Shown here: piece by piece, positions 1 to 14,432 of the stretch
How the letters are laid out: every line of letters starts with the position of its first letter
How positions within the stretch are numbered: position 1 is the stretch's first letter
Assembly (NCBI GenBank): GCA_010093705.1
Contig: MU006110.1
Coordinates: 142,377-206,376, forward strand
DNA from: Patellaria atrata CBS 101060
Lineage: Eukaryota
DNA length: 64,000 nt
Direction of reading: 5' to 3'
Notes under the pieces: model-generated
Database searches by the model: none
What the model was told of the DNA's origin: nothing
What the model saw: only the letters and a program-made list of their open reading frames with translations
Made by a program: the position numbers and the translations under genes

Positions 1-177
1 GACGCATCTAACCGTCCGTACCCACTCCAGTCATCTTAATCCTGTTCTCGTCTAAGGTTGGAACGCGCCTTTGTACTCCATCTCACCTAACCCACACGTG
101 CGTGGCGGGGCGAATGTGGAGGACTATCTTGCCTCTAGTTTCGCGCAACGATTTGATCGATCTATGATTATCTTGTC

Positions 178-3100
178 ATGGACGGTTCGAATCACCCTAA
201 TGGCTTTGGAACACCTCCTGGAACCCATCCTCAGGCTTTGAGGCATGATGGTCAACACCATGGTTCCTTCTCTCTGCCTTCCGGTCATTCCCAACAGTTG
301 AGCCAGCAGCAGTCCGTTTCACAGCATCAACTTCAACATCAGCATCAAACTCAGAGCCAACATCAGCATCAACATCAGAATCAGACTCAGCATCAACATC
401 AACATCAACAGCAGCAATCACTGCAACAACAGCAACAGAACCAGCAACAGCAGCAACCGCGTTACTCCATTCAAACTGGGCGGCATGCAACACTTCCTCC
501 TATTAATGGCATGCCCACTCAGTTTCCCCCGATTTACAGTCAGAGTGCGCCACAGACGCCATCATCAGGCAACAACTCCGCAAGCCAAAATAGCAACTTT
601 CCTCCAATCGCACCTCAACCCCTTCCACCGCCAATCCAGCCATCACCATATCTGGTCAACACCTCTTCGTATCCGGTCTCTCAATCTCTTCAATCTATCA
701 CCACTTCGGCGTATTCGAACCCTCAAACCTTGGCACCAGCACCACTTCCGAACCACCTGCAGAACTTGAGACCTTTGCCCCGAGGTGGGCTAGGTTTGGC
801 ACACCCGTATGGCTCGAATCAACTACCATCACAATCTCAATTCCTCCCAAACCAGGATCCGGAACCTACACACGTTGTAGGACAGCAAGGACGTCGTGGT
901 GTGTTACCTCCTGCTCCTGGTAGAGTAGCGCCTGGATCCGGTAAAGCTGCTCCTACCCCAACGAAGAACGCAGATGGCAAATTCGATTGCCCGCATTGCA
1001 CAAAAACTTACTTGCACCTGAAGCATCTGAAGAGACATTTGCTACGCCGTAAGTAGTGGCATCCTATACATACTGAAGTAGTTACTGAAATGATACAGAC
1101 ACCGGTGACCGTCCATACCAGTGCATACTGTGTAAAGACACGTTCTCACGTAGCGACATTCTCAAACGTCATTTTCAGAAATGCTCCCTTCGACGTGGTA
1201 ATCCAACCGGAGTTACACACCTTCAAGGTTCGAGGGCAAATCTCAAGAAGAACAGACTCTCGGCAGGTAACGCCGATCAACATACGTATCTTAATCCGGT
1301 GAACGGCCCACCAAACACTTATGGAGAGACCTCGTTCACTTTCCCTTCGAGCAGTTCAGGGATCAACACACTGTCATCCGAAACAAATCTCCCCTCGTTC
1401 CCGGATTCCAACAATCTACCTGCTCTATCGAACAGAGCCTCTCGCGCCAACAGCGATATCCGCCCCATAACTACGTTCCACGAGAATCGCCGAAGTATGT
1501 CTGGCCTGGACGCCTTCAGGACCGAAAAATCAGGTCTAGAGACGGGATTTGACGGTATGGGTAACCGAGGCCTCTCTGATGGGCTTTCACGGCAACTAGA
1601 TGCCTCTGCTATGTCGCAAGGTCAAGGATATAACCAGATCCCTCAGATGTTCCACCAGGATTCTGCTCGATCTGGTGGTGAGTCACACCACCTAGTGAAG
1701 ACGGAGGATCCCAATCAGCTTACTTTTGGTCGCAACAGCCTTTCCAATTTCGACAATGCCTCAACCGGACAAGGAAATAATTTAACTTGGGATGAACCTT
1801 TCCAGCAACAGCCCCAGGAAACCTTCATGTTTCAGTCGACCGTCCCGCCAAACTCCAACTCCCTAAAAGCAGAACATCCTTTAAATGCTGATGGCACCCA
1901 AGCGACCGCGGACATGCCATTCAGCGGCCTGTACTCCCTGTCCAACAATTTTGGAGGAGAACAGATACTCAACTGGGGCTTGGCTTCAACCATCGAACGA
2001 GACCCTTTGCAACAAAAAGCAGATAGCCTATTAGCCTTCTGCTCCCCACATATCACCCAAGAGCTGACGGTCATCTTATCTATGGATAACATCACGCACT
2101 TCCTGGACCTATTTAAGAACTTTCAAGCTCATTGGCCTTTGCTTCATATGCCTACTTTCGATCCGGTTCAGGCAAGCAACAGTCTACTTCTAGCAATAAT
2201 ATGCGTTGGTGCAGTCTACTCCGACCGTCTAACCAAAGAACATGTCAGAAACGTCATGGAGATCGTCCGAACAGTCGTGCAGAGATCTTCCCCGATATAC
2301 GCCCGCGTCAATGTTTCGAACAGTTCTCCAGCATCTTTCGAACCCGAGGTCGAAGACATTCAATCGCTGATACTTCTATGCAATTTATTCTTATGGCACG
2401 GTACAAAAGCACAGAATCAGTGGGCTAGGTCCGAGCATCCGAAGATTGCAAAATATCTCTCGTCTTGGGTTTTCTTATTTCCAAAGGGACTGGACCGTCC
2501 GGGTGCTAGTATTCTTCATCAGCCTAATTACTCCTTCTCCCAACAGTTAACAGACAATCGTCCTTGGGACTGGTCCCTATGGGTGGAGCAGGAGAAGTTC
2601 TCAAGAGCCATTTACCAAACATACCTGACCGATACCGCCATGGTGATATTCTTCAATTATACTCCTAAGTTCGACGCGAGCAGAATTCAACTTCCTCTCC
2701 CGGCGGACGATGTTGCTTGGGAAGCGAAGAACGCAGAGGACTGTGCTTCTGCCATCGGGGCGAACGGATACAAGGCTGCCCAAATAAACGTTAGCGGTAC
2801 GAATTCCCCGACACAGATGACTTTACGTGACGCTCTGGATATCTTAATGGATCCAACGAAAGAATTCGAACCACGAGCGACTAACGCATACTCGAAATTC
2901 ATCCTGATACACGCCTTGTGCGTGTACATCATTAAGGCGCATCGGGAAAGAACGGTGCACAATAACGGCTATCAAACTTCTCAAGGCTATATGTCAAGTG
3001 GTCCAAGCACACCGCGATCATCTGGTGATTGGGGCATGGCCGAGGGATCCGTTGGCACCATCAGTAACAATAATAGCGGTCCCGTGACGCCCATTGAAGG

Positions 3101-3548
3101 CCACTTTCCTCACACTCATGGACAGCAGTATATGAAGACACTAACTCATGCACTTGAGAAGTGGAAGAAGCATTGGGATAGCGATTTGACGTCGCAATAT
3201 CCTTGGCAATCTGTGTTCCGTAGGATTGGCTTCTGCCGGGATGCTGTCCATTTCTATTACCTGGCCTACCACTTTCTCAACAGGACCGGTCCAGCTGAAC
3301 TCACCCTCCCCCCTGAGCAAAGATATGGGCAAGTTTTCAATCTGCTCAAGCAAATCACGTCGCAGATTGCTTCAGGCCAGTTTGCACAGGACTTCAGTGC
3401 CGTTGGGGCTATAGACGAAAATTACGGCGTTAAGGACCTCACTCTGGACATGAAACTCTTATTCACGCCCATCCAGCAGCACGTTGATCATTCTGTTGAA
3501 ACTGTTCGAAATTTACCTCTTACGCACCGCGTTGCACAATATATTTAG
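178..3548 (+). CDS. C2H2 zinc-finger transcription factor with C-terminal fungal-specific TF (middle homology) domain
   Basis: Intron 1049-1098 (GTAAGT...CAG) joins CPHCTKTYLHLKHLKRHLLR to HTGDRPYQCILCKDTFSRSDILKRHFQKC, giving two C2H2 fingers. Q/H-rich N-terminus. FQAHWPLLHMPTF...LLLAIICVGAVY is typical of the fungal TF domain. Confidence 0.9.
300..460 (+). repeat. Coding low-complexity CAR/CAT repeat (poly-Q/QH tract)
   Basis: Runs of cagcatcaacat and cagcaacag encode QHQHQ...QQQQQ. Confidence 0.8.
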
Positions 3549-4469
3549 CACCGGGGAATTATATCTCATGTTCCTCTTGACGAATCCGTTGGGTATCTCT
3601 ACACCTCCATTGATCCTACCAAGAGATATGCTAGATTAGATGCTCTCTTCACTAGAACCATTACTCCGTTACTTGTTTTATTTGCGCTTGCATTTTAGAC
3701 CCGATCAACCAACCGAAGACGGCCGATTGATTTTACTTATCAGCATTCGAAAACGATAGACTGAACAAGAAGAGCAAGACTGGTAAGAGCAATCTGACAG
3801 ATTCATCATTCTGACGGCCGAATTATACCATGACGATTCATGCAGGTGTTCCGGGCTCCTGGTTACGTTTGCTTTCTTGCGTTTGAATACGCATGCTTCA
3901 TTTTTTTTTTTTTTTCATGAATTCCCTTCTCATCAAAAGTTTTAAAAGTTTAGATGGCATCAGCATTCTCGACGTGGCGTTCTGCAAATTGTACTTGTGG
4001 TTTTCCTATATGATTCTTTTTCACACTGGGTGGAGTGGGCGGGGACAGTTTCAACATTTTCTGCATTTCTACACATTATGCTTTTCACGGCCGGGTGGAG
4101 TTCTTGAGTTTCCCATCATCACATGATAGAAAGGTAAAGGACTTACATAGACTGGAGGAAAGCCACTCAAAAGAGAAAGAGACCCTTTGACTTGACTATG
4201 ATTACATCGGCTGCGCACGCTATGGGCTCAGCGCAGATGCTTCGTGTATTTAGTGGTTACAGAATTTTAGTGCGACAGTAAATATTTACATTGAATCTCT
4301 TTTCTCTTTTCCGTTGATGTGAACGTAATCCATAATATCTTTCTTGCCTATTTCATTTCTCTCTTGCGCTCGAAACTCCGGTGACCATTGCCTTCTGTGT
4401 GCTCATGATAACGCCGTTCGGTTGAGATATCTCTTCCGTGTCTGCCTTTTTGTGCAAAGTTGTTCGAAC

Positions 4470-4990
4470 CCCCCCGAGACCACCTCTCTCAGACGTTTAA
4501 TAGAAGTTACCTCAGTTTTACTAAAGAAGGTACCTGCTCTAAGGATATTTTGTGACTCTTCTTCTAAGTACATGTAAGGTAGGAATATCGAAGCCCCGAC
4601 ATCGCTTTCCGAAGATGTTCGACGGAACTGAGCTCGGTTTCCTTAATAGATGTCTTACGTTATACCCTCTTTGATTCTCTATTTGTGCCGGTTCTGTAGA
4701 TGCCTAGAGTTACTGCGTTCGACGACGAAAATTCAATTGACTTCCGTAAAGGGGCAGAACCACGTTCTCTAAACCTTGCGACTATCGAGTTGGTTCTGGA
4801 TGTGTGAATGCCCTAGAGGCGCTACGTTCGACGAAAATCATATGCGCCTCCGTAAATGGTTACTATATTTGAACACTTCAACTGGACTGTTTGTCCACTG
4901 CGTTGTAGCCTGGAGCCCGACGTTCGACGAAACTTGGTTCTCAGAGTTACCTACCCCCTTTTTAGGTCACTCGTTACTTTCTCAGCGCTA
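4470..4990 (+). repeat. Array A of a degenerate ~100-120 bp repeat (core GACGTTCGACGAAAC)
   Basis: Core GTT(C)G at about 4495, 4617, 4717, 4826 and 4922. The same motif occurs at about 47.0-47.5 kb and 56.2-56.9 kb. Confidence 0.7.
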
Positions 4991-5089
4991 ACTGACAAAC
5001 CCCATCCTTACAGCACCCATCTTTATATCACCACGCTTACAGCACCATTCTCGTAATACCACCCTCATGATAAACACTCCGGTTGCTTT

Positions 5090-5700
5090 TCTACTCTCCC
5101 CGTACGTCCCTTATAATAATTCTCTTATAACCCCCTCTAATAAACCTGTAAAAGCCCCCTTAAGTTATTTTATTAACCTAGGGATATCGTGTATCTCCTT
5201 CTTTTATTTCTCCACGGCGTGATAGCATAGGTAGAAAATCCTAAGGACGAAATATAAAAGAATGAAACGAATATCCTAAGGTATACTTTTATCCCCGCGG
5301 GAAATAAGGATAGGAAAAATTAAAGTTTTTATTAAACACCATTTAAATCAAAGTAAGTTAATCTAGTATTAATAAGAATATTAACCTAAGTATAGAAGGG
5401 ATTAGGAGGGTTATTTTAAGGAAAGGAAGATATAAGATTTCTTTACTTGAGTAGTTATAACTTAGGAAAGTAGTAAAGGTAGAACTTAAATCTTCGCTGC
5501 GATTTTACAAAGGCGAATTAGTTACTAGATAAAGTAGCGAGGAGCCGTGCCCAGTTAAGGCTATCGTGATCGAGAGAAGTGTATTAGGATAATGATTTAA
5601 TAAGTAGGAAGAATAGTTGGGATGCCCCCGACTATAAAGATACAAGGAGAGGAAATAGCACGATCACTTACCAATACCGCGCCAGAAGGGGTCCCGAGGG
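5090..5700. mobile_element. AT-rich, RIP-like degenerate repeat or transposon relic
   Basis: Sharp rise in AT and TpA with scarce CpA/TpG (ttataataattctcttataacc, tagtattaataagaatattaacctaagtatag). No ORF; family not identifiable. Confidence 0.5.
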
Positions 5701-5966
5701 TTAAGTCTGACTCGAAAATCGTGCAAATAGGTAAAAGGAGAAGAAAAGGTTATTGGGGAAATTCAGATAGACACGGGCTGACGGACGAGTAGATTCAAGC
5801 GGCTGGTACCCGAGGAAGACGAAATTCAAGACCATTGTACAAAATCTTATAATTGCCAATTCAAATGCATATATAGTTCAAAATCAACAGTCAGCAACTA
5901 AAGAAGCTCTAAAATGCAGAAGGGGCGCTCTGGCCGTCCAAATCAATCATCTGCTTCAATATTGAT

Positions 5967-6884
5967 CTATCCAGTCCACACAGCGGGTCCGGGAATGATG
6001 TACTCGGTGCTGGTCATGGAAGAGGCGGAGTCGATGTTGACGGCGATACCCGGGTCAGAAGCCTTGTAGGCACCTGGGAAGCTGACGAGGTAACTGCCAG
6101 AGGGTTGTGCGGAGCCGGAACCGGTAACGGTGACTTGGGCGCATTCGGGGTAGACTTAAAGAGAAATTTTAGCACTATTTCCACATTTCGATTGTAGATT
6201 TCACGAAGTCTTAAGAGAAACAGAGGTTTTTGGGGAATAGGGAAATGGACAAAGGGGTAAAGGGACTTGGACATACATTGCGGGTTTCCGCCCTGGTGCA
6301 AAGCTAAAAGCTCGTGTCTGACGAGGTACTCGCCCGGTGCCAGAGACGCAGGAACCTTGAAGGTCCACTTGAGGGTATCGACGATCTGGTCGCCGGCCCA
6401 GATGCCCTTGTTGAGAGTTCCGGACTTGAGACCTGCGTGGTCGACCTTGAACCAGACGTTGCCGCTACCGTCCCAGCTGTTGCATGCACCGGGGCATTTG
6501 GCCATGTAGCTGTTGATTCCTCGTCAGTATCTTGACAGACTAGAAGGGTTAAGAAGAGGATATAACGTACATCATAACCGCTGCGGGCCTATGGGTCCAC
6601 TGCGTCCAAGTGGCCGTCATATCCGTACCAGCAGTGATCGTACCGGTAAGACCTGTTCCCTTGGCACCGTTGTTATTGCAGCGGATGTTCACACTGCTGA
6701 GGCCGGAGTTGTAGATGGGGTCGAATGAACCATATTGTCTCTGGATGCTGCTCTGGCCCGAAGCGCTGTTGTACGGCTGCCATCCCTTGTAGCTTTGGCC
6801 GTTCATGGTGTAGGTGCCGACGCCACCGTGGGCACTGACGAGCGACACGATGGACGTGATGGCTGCTGCGGCGGAGAACTTCAT
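5967..6884 (-). CDS. AA9 (GH61) lytic polysaccharide monooxygenase
   Basis: Signal peptide, then His1 (VSA-HGGV). WTHRP; YMAKCP...[14 protein letters not shown]...PQFYPECAQ across an intron; ends IPGPAVWTG*. Two introns at about 6510-6570 and 6156-6276. Confidence 0.93.
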
Positions 6885-8040
6885 GGTTGCTGACTTATCT
6901 GACTATCCTCTTACGAGACAAAAGATCTCACTGAGAGAGAGAAATTAAGACAAAAAAGTGAATGAATGGACCGACTCTTGTTGTGCTACCAAGCTTTGCG
7001 GGGAGGAGCTTATAAGAGATATAACCTACAGTCCCAAGTCTTCTGGAATCGGGCTTCTCGAGCCCCGAAATTCTGGGGTAATGCACGCCAAATGTGGATG
7101 ACATCAAATTACTGCATTGTTCCCGCTTCAGGAGGTAGACGCCGGCCGCCATACCCACCGCTAGGGTCCACTCCATCCAGTCCCAGCGCCGTTACATCCT
7201 AGAAGTGTGGAGCTGGCCAGCGGGCGTAACGGTCTGTCTAACCGTGGCAAGGGTGGATTATGAGAGCGTGCTAGGCGGAGGGAGGCTCCGTAATATAGAA
7301 AGTATCGATTGCATTTAGAGGGTAATGAAATGTGGAGGGAGGTGGTTGAGAAAACCTGGATTTGATGATATGTGATTGGGGAAGGGAAGGGTGAATGATG
7401 GGGCTAGATAGGGGTAGGTTAATAGGAACAGGCTATAGAAATAAGCTCAGGTGATCCGAAGATCTTTCTGCAACGACGCTTTCATCCTTCTCGGTGAATT
7501 TGGAGGGAAATGCATTCTCATATCTTGCATGATGGACTACATGATCTACTAGCAAAGAACCGGGAAGAAGAAGGTCTCCGAAGCAATCAAAGAATCGAGT
7601 CTTGCATGTTACTGTAAGGTAGAAGAGGCAGAAATCAAAGGACTTACATCCTCACCACCTCGATAACACGTTGTTTTAAGGTTGCATGCCGTTGGGCTTG
7701 CCTCACTCTGGGAAAGCGGACCGACAGGGTTGGAATTGATTGCTCAGATATTGCGGGGTATCAAACTCACGCCCAAAGCAAAAATTACTCGAGCAAGGCA
7801 CAAACCTTGGCACGTTGGAATGTCAGTCTGTCACCCAGATTGGCAGTCTTTGATATTGGTTAGCATTACTGATGTAGGACGTTCTGGATACAAGTTTCTG
7901 CCCCCTCAAGTCTCGTGCTGAAGACAAAGGTAACATCCCCCAACTCCTAACTATGTGTCTACGAAACCTGAAAATGAGCAAAGAAGACCCAGATCCTTTA
8001 GAGAGAATTCTTGAATTATGGTGTAAGAGAACTCTACCAT

Positions 8041-11000
8041 CTATTTCCAAGCATTGAGACCAGCCCAAGGATCTGCTGACGAGTTTGGTGGCTGTTGACT
8101 ACTCTGTCTCGGATTGTGTGCATAACCACCCGGCCCCGATGGAAAGTTACCAGTAATCGCCGAGAAATCTTGCTGTTGAGCAGGTGGGGGTCCAGGAGGA
8201 GGTGGTGGTGGATTCCAACCTGGAGGCATATATTGTGATTGTGTCTGGTGTTGGGCCTGATGTTGAGGCTGTTGCTGGGCTCCAGGAAAAGCTCCAAACT
8301 GACCTGGCGGAGGAGAGAAGAATTGCTGATGTGCAGGCGGAGACACTGGACCGTACGTATTAGGATTGTAAGGTCGAGACTGATCAGCATAAGACTCTCG
8401 CCTTGGTGGACCTGGCTGATACGGTACACTGGAAGAAGGCTGAGGATAGCCTGACGCTGGAGGCGATTGCATATACTGCGAGCTGGTCGCTGGGACCGGA
8501 GGGGGATAACGGGGAGTTATAGGAGGTGATGCAGCCGGGTTGTAGGAAGGTTGGTATGCTGGCGTCTGTTGAAGAGGCGCAGGCCGGTTCTGAACCTTCT
8601 TTGGGGGAGACTGCGGAGACTGAGTAGGGTTGACGGACATTCTCTCCATGAGTTCGTTCAATCGGTCCCTCTCCTTGTCTGCATTGCCGTTCGACTTGCT
8701 GGCTTCGATCTTGGCGAGCAACTGTCCTCCTTCCGACCTGCGATTGTTTACAAACGTCTCAACATTCTTTAGAAGACTTTGCACCGTATCGTTCATTTCA
8801 GAGTAAAAGCCTTGTGCTCTCATCAAACCCGCCTCCAGGTCATTGAATGCCTGGTAGACCTTCTTGTATTTGCTCATCACAGCGCTTCGTTGCCTGTTGA
8901 ATGCTTCGTACTTGCTTTGCTCAGATCGTACCCTCTTATCCTGCAAAAGATCGCTGTAAGTCCTTGTGAGCTCCTTCATCAAGGAAGCTTGCTTATGGTT
9001 TGCTTGGAGAAGTCGGTTTTGATGCGGTCTATACTTTTCCAGCTCTGCTTTGAAAAGCTGTTGCTCTTGATTGGAGATCGACTTCTTGTTTAGAATAAGA
9101 ACATTTGATATGTCGTCGTTGTGAACCTACGTGGAGTCAATATTGTACTATGGATTTCACTGAGAACTTTCTTACCTTCTCCTTAAGATCTTTCAGTACC
9201 TGTGCCCGCTCTCTCTTGATTAGGTTCAATTTCTTGAGCATTTCCTCCACATTTGCAATCTGTTCTGCAACACTAGGCCCTCCTTGGAAGTCGTCGTCCA
9301 ATAAGTTACCTTCCGCACCAGCCGACAAGGGGCTATTGACGCCTTTACCTTTTCCTCTCGATGCGCCGGCTTTAATCATTGCACGCTGGTAAAGGACATC
9401 CGCCTCGTCTGTCTCGCCGGCTGATCGCATCTCATCGAAATCGGATTCATACTGCCTGAAAGTACTGTAAAGCTGGGCATCGCTCGTACTCGCTTCTTCA
9501 ACGGCGGTACGGTAGTTCTTGATATCGCTCCTTAGTGTTGCAGTCAATCTCGAGCTGGGCTGCTGTGTCCAATCAACCCCGTATTTCGAGCGCATCTTCT
9601 CGCAAACACTCTCCTCCATATCCAACTGCTTCATACTCGAGTCGAGCATGCGGGTTATTTCCGCTTTGTCCGTGCTTAGTTGGTCGAAAGGGATACTGAA
9701 CGGAGCGTGTCCTGCCAACTCTTCGCACCACCTCCTAAATTCCTCGTCGACTATCATTTCTTGATCCATACCTCCCTTCAAGATATTAAGACTATCCGGT
9801 AGCTTGAGATAATCCAGACTCGCCGCCATTTCATCATTCGCAATCTCCACCCTCTCTGTTTCTGCACGGACAAGTTTGGCCTTTTCCTCGTCGTACAAGC
9901 TGGCAGATTCTGTCACGGCCATAGGGACGATCTTCTGGAAAATATCTGGGCCAATGATTCGCTGGATATCTTGTCCCTGGTACAGTTCACTAACAGGAAT
10001 TGCTTTCGCTGCTGGAAGCTTTGGTATTGCCGTTAGGGCCGCCTCTGCTGGAACTGGTTGGTGGTAAATGAAATCATTGTCTTTAATGCACTCTATAATC
10101 TTCTCCTGAATATTTGCTAGATGACGTTTTACGATGTCAGCCAGTGTGATACCTGTCTCTGCATTCATATTCGAGTTAGTAGGGACAGATCCTGGAAAAG
10201 CATTTGCTATCCGGCTCGCATCTCGTGCTTGCATTTCTGCAACTTGTAGTCGACATATTGCAATTCCATGGGAATTAGCGTCATTGTCTGCCAAGGCCTG
10301 GTAGTACTGAGCAAGAGATGACATGTAATTTGCCTTGATCTGAACCACATGTAACCAGACCTTTTCAAAGATGGCTTTGTTGACGTTCTCTTGTACACCC
10401 TCTGTAGCTTGCGTATATAGAAAGGCCGCTTGGCTGGCGAGTTTAGCAAGAAGGCCAACCTTTTTGCCGTCGGCAATTTGCTTTTCTAAGAATACTTCCT
10501 GGCCCTGGGCTAGCATGATCGCTATAAGTGTCTTTACAGTCTCTCGGCTTAAATCCGTTGACGGGGCATGGAGGAAGTTTTCGTTAATATAGGTGAACAT
10601 TCCCGCAGCTGCTTGGAATGAATGGTAAGCGGTCTTTAACCCTGTATCTTCATGCCGATTTTGCAGTGCTGCGTGACATGACAAAACCGCCGAGATATTA
10701 AATATTATGGACGCTTTCTCATAAGCTAGAGAGTATTGTGAAGTGGGTTTGTGGGTGAATGCGTCGAACCTGGTTTAATCGTCAGTAACCCAAATCTTGA
10801 TTGACTACATTAGCTGGAGGAGGGTAACTGACCAGGTAAAAGCTATCTTGATATGGTTCTCGTCGACGGGAAACCTCAAATCTAGGAGCTCTAGTTGACC
10901 ATAATATCTGTATAGTAGATCCCGTCCGGCAGCACTATCCTTTCCCGCACCTCTCATATCCTGCCGTAGCCTGTTTAGGGTCGCGCATTCTTCTGCATAT

Positions 11001-11107
11001 CTCTCTGGGTCATCTCCATATGTCTGTCTTATGTAGCCCTTCAGTGGTTGGATCCAGTCGATCTCATTCGTCTGTTTCAGCGGGCTTGATATCATAGGAG
11101 CCTGCAT
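8041..11107 (-). CDS. BRO1: ESCRT-associated vacuolar protein sorting protein Bro1 (BRO1 domain, V domain, Pro-rich tail)
   Basis: MISSPLKQTNEIDW...RYYGQLELLDLRFP; KDNDFIYH; IIGPDIFQKIVP; Pro-rich C-terminus. Introns at about 10770-10832 and 9127-9176. Confidence 0.92.
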
Positions 11108-12100
11108 TTTGGCACGGTGCAGAGGCTGGATCGCCCGAAGAGATCAGATGCAGTGGTGAAGGAACTAAAAAGGAGATGTCGGAGGAGGTCCGTCTGAAGT
11201 ACTATGTATTGATCTTCTCTCCAGCTTGTCGGGTTTCCTGGAAGTCTCTCGAATAGCGGTTGCTCAAGGTCCGCGTACGTTGTTTACAACAGATCGAGGT
11301 CCCACACCTGGTATTTGATTAGACTGATCTAATCATGGATGCAAGGCGGCCTCAGCCTCTGACAGCATTGGAGAGAATATGGTCCACTTGGTCGGGATGC
11401 AGTTGGGCAAGGATGATGTGTTGTTCGCTGACGTTGGGATAGCTCTATGCAGGAACAGTACGAAGACTTGTACTGTACAACGCGTCTTCGCCGATTACTT
11501 GGTGCCTTTTCTATGGAAGTGTTGGTCAGCCTTGCAGATATAATTCTCTCTCGATATCCTTTACGGACTAAGGGACGTGAGTATCTATGAGGTTGCCCCT
11601 TGGAAACTGAGTGAAGCCGGCCGCAGCGTCACTTGGTGGGGCTCTGGTTGGTTGGGGTGTTGATATGGCAAGTGAACGAAAGAAAATAACACATGTGATT
11701 CTGTCACGACGCTGTAGTAAAGATTTACGGTCTTCGAGAAGTTTGGATATTTTGTAAATCACAGAGGCCCAAAATGCGGCCAAAGGAAGAGGCGCATTAT
11801 GATCGATATTCATGCAGTAGTGGTATGCTGAAAAAGGCCCCCGTACGGTCCGTACCAGAGTGGGTACATAAGCGCCCACGGAGTGGTGAAGGTCTTCTAT
11901 AGCGGCTAAGCCATACTCTACATGGTATAAACATGAATTACAACGCTTTCCAATGATACTACGATAGGCTGATACGCCTGCAATGCAATTCTACCCCCAA
12001 CCAGCTTCTACCCGACCCCCATCTCCTGGACTCCATGAATCTTCGACCAAATTGCACAGTATGATACAAGTATATAGATAAGGGGAGATTCACCGGAAAC

Positions 12101-13767
12101 CTAAGATGATCCGGATGCTTTCTTCTTCGGTTCTTCGTCTGTGGAGGATTCGTTCGAGTCGGATTTAGTATCATTATCGAGATTCTCGTGTTGACCTGTC
12201 AAAGTGTGCCATGCCGACTTCAAAAAGCCTTCGTTCTTATGAGAGTCAGTGCTCTCCGGTTGTGAAGTTGCTGTACCGGCTTTGGTGATCATAATCCTCT
12301 TCGCTGTCTTATCCCCCATCTCATCGGCGAGCATTTCGATTATCGTCCGTTGATTCGCGCTGAGGTACTTAGGCATACCAACCTTAAACTCGACACGAAG
12401 GTCACCCTTGACTCCCCGGCGACTATTCAATTTCTTCATGCCCATTCCACCTAACGTAATCTTATCCCCAGTACCTGTACCCGTGGGAACCTTCACGTTC
12501 ACATCACCATCGAGAGTGGGGATCTTGATCTCTCCTCCTAGAATAGCGGTCGTCAGGGGGACGGTAGCTGTGTAGAGGATGTCTGACCCGCTACGACCGA
12601 ATTTAGGATCTGCGGCTACTCGAATAAATACGTATAGATCTCCTGGTTGGGAACGGATATTTCCGCCGGTCGCATGGCCAGTAGCAGGTGCATCGCCTTC
12701 ACCTGACACTCGCAATCGCATTCCGTCCTCGACGCCGCCAGGTATATCAACTTTTATGGTCTTGCGCTCTCTGTGCACACCCTCACCGTGACATGTATTG
12801 CACTCTCCTCCTCTAGGGACCGTTGAACCCGTCCCACCGCATGTTGTGCAAGTGCTGACCATGTGGAACCCGCCTTGTAGAATCTGTGCGCGTTCTCCAG
12901 TTCCATTACAGCTCTTACATTCTGATTTCTTCATTCCCTTTTTCAATCCACTGCCTGTGCAAGTCTTGCATTGTACCGTTGGTGTGATAAAGATTTCCCT
13001 GGTTACACCTTTCGCGGCATCCATAAACGAGATATTGGTCTGTACATCAATGTTGTCGCCGACAAGAATCTGTTCTTGCTGAAAGCCACTCTGATCGCCT
13101 CTTCTCCCCCTGCGGCTCTGACCGCCTGTGAAAGCGCTGAAAATATCTTCAAAATTGAATTCAGCGCCAAATCCCCCCTGAGCGCCTCCTCCAAAACCAC
13201 CAAAGCCGTGAAATCCTCCGGCTCCAGCGAAAGGGTTTCCTCCTGCGGCCCCGGGATTGAACCCACCAGTTTGATCGAAAGCGGCAGAGCCGTAAGTATC
13301 GTAAGCCTCTTTCTTCTTAGGGTCAGATAAAATTTCATAAGCATTTTGCGCTTCCGTAAACTTCTCTTTAGCTCCAGGATCTTTATTTGTGTCGGGGTGA
13401 TATTTTTTGGCGAGGCCATAATAAGCTTTTTTGACTTCAGCGGCAGTAGCATTCTTATTGATATTAAGTGTTGCGTATGGATCTTTCTGCGTGAATGATT
13501 TCGGTGATGGATGGAAACACTATCCACAGTAAGTTGGAAAAGTTCAATCTAATTTAGATGAGAACTCACCCTTCGCTGACTCTTGATCTGCGGCACCCTT
13601 TGAGGCTCTATTAATGTTTTTCTTGGATGTATACATGTGGATAAGCTTCGAGATGTCTGATGTTGTGCGCGGGGATGACTTCTTTCAGGAAATAGATATG
13701 GTCGTGCCGCAATAATGCGGAGGGGAAGGGCGGCCTTTGAGGACAGCCCCGGGCTTGCGATGCTCAT
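12101..13767 (-). CDS. MDJ1: Mitochondrial type I DnaJ/Hsp40 co-chaperone
   Basis: Presequence-like exon 1; J domain with HPD (tatcaccccgac on the minus strand); G/F region; four CxxCxGxG repeats; C-terminal domain. Intron at about 13521-13570. Confidence 0.9.
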
Positions 13768-14432
13768 ATTTGTATAGGTCTGTCCAAGATCGTGTTTTGA
13801 TGCAATTCGTTTGATGGATAGAGAAACGATAGATCTTGCCTGCGTGTTTACATGAATGGGGATTCGCGCAACAAGGAGCTCGATGGGTTCTGTAAGAAAC
13901 TGTTTGGCCGAGCTGAAGATCGGGGAAAGATCCGTGCCGAGACCAATTTTTCTAGAAGATGCGAGAGCTCAGCACTCGAGGGACAACAAGATATAATTCA
14001 CAAGATATACTATCTTAATCACGATTTTTGATTTCGAAAATCACTATTACCCTATCGATGAGCATGTATTAAAATACTGCACTTTTTTCGATACTAAGAT
14101 AGAGCACAAAACCCCTTGTGGTATGACGCGATGACCATACATACTCTTAAGTATTCATCTTCCCAAATGCATACAATTGAATTCACGCCATATGCTGATC
14201 CAGCAACGCTTTGGTATAGACCAGAAATACCTTCCTTCCAAACCGGTTATCCGTAGCAATAGATACACATGCTCCTCGAGCCCAACTACCGGATGACTTG
14301 TTGGCACCATGCTATGCAATTCTAATATCCAGCACCGGAACGCCAAACCATATACATAATATCAAACCTGGCCCGCATATACCGCGATAGTAAACACAAT
14401 GTATGATAGAGATCGCGGTGTGCTGTGTTTTC

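Noticed and set aside
12101..13767. DnaJ as a fourth member of the Hsp70/GrpE-like module
   Set aside because: It is a canonical mitochondrial Mdj1 about 9 kb away, separated by core genes. Proximity is probably coincidental.
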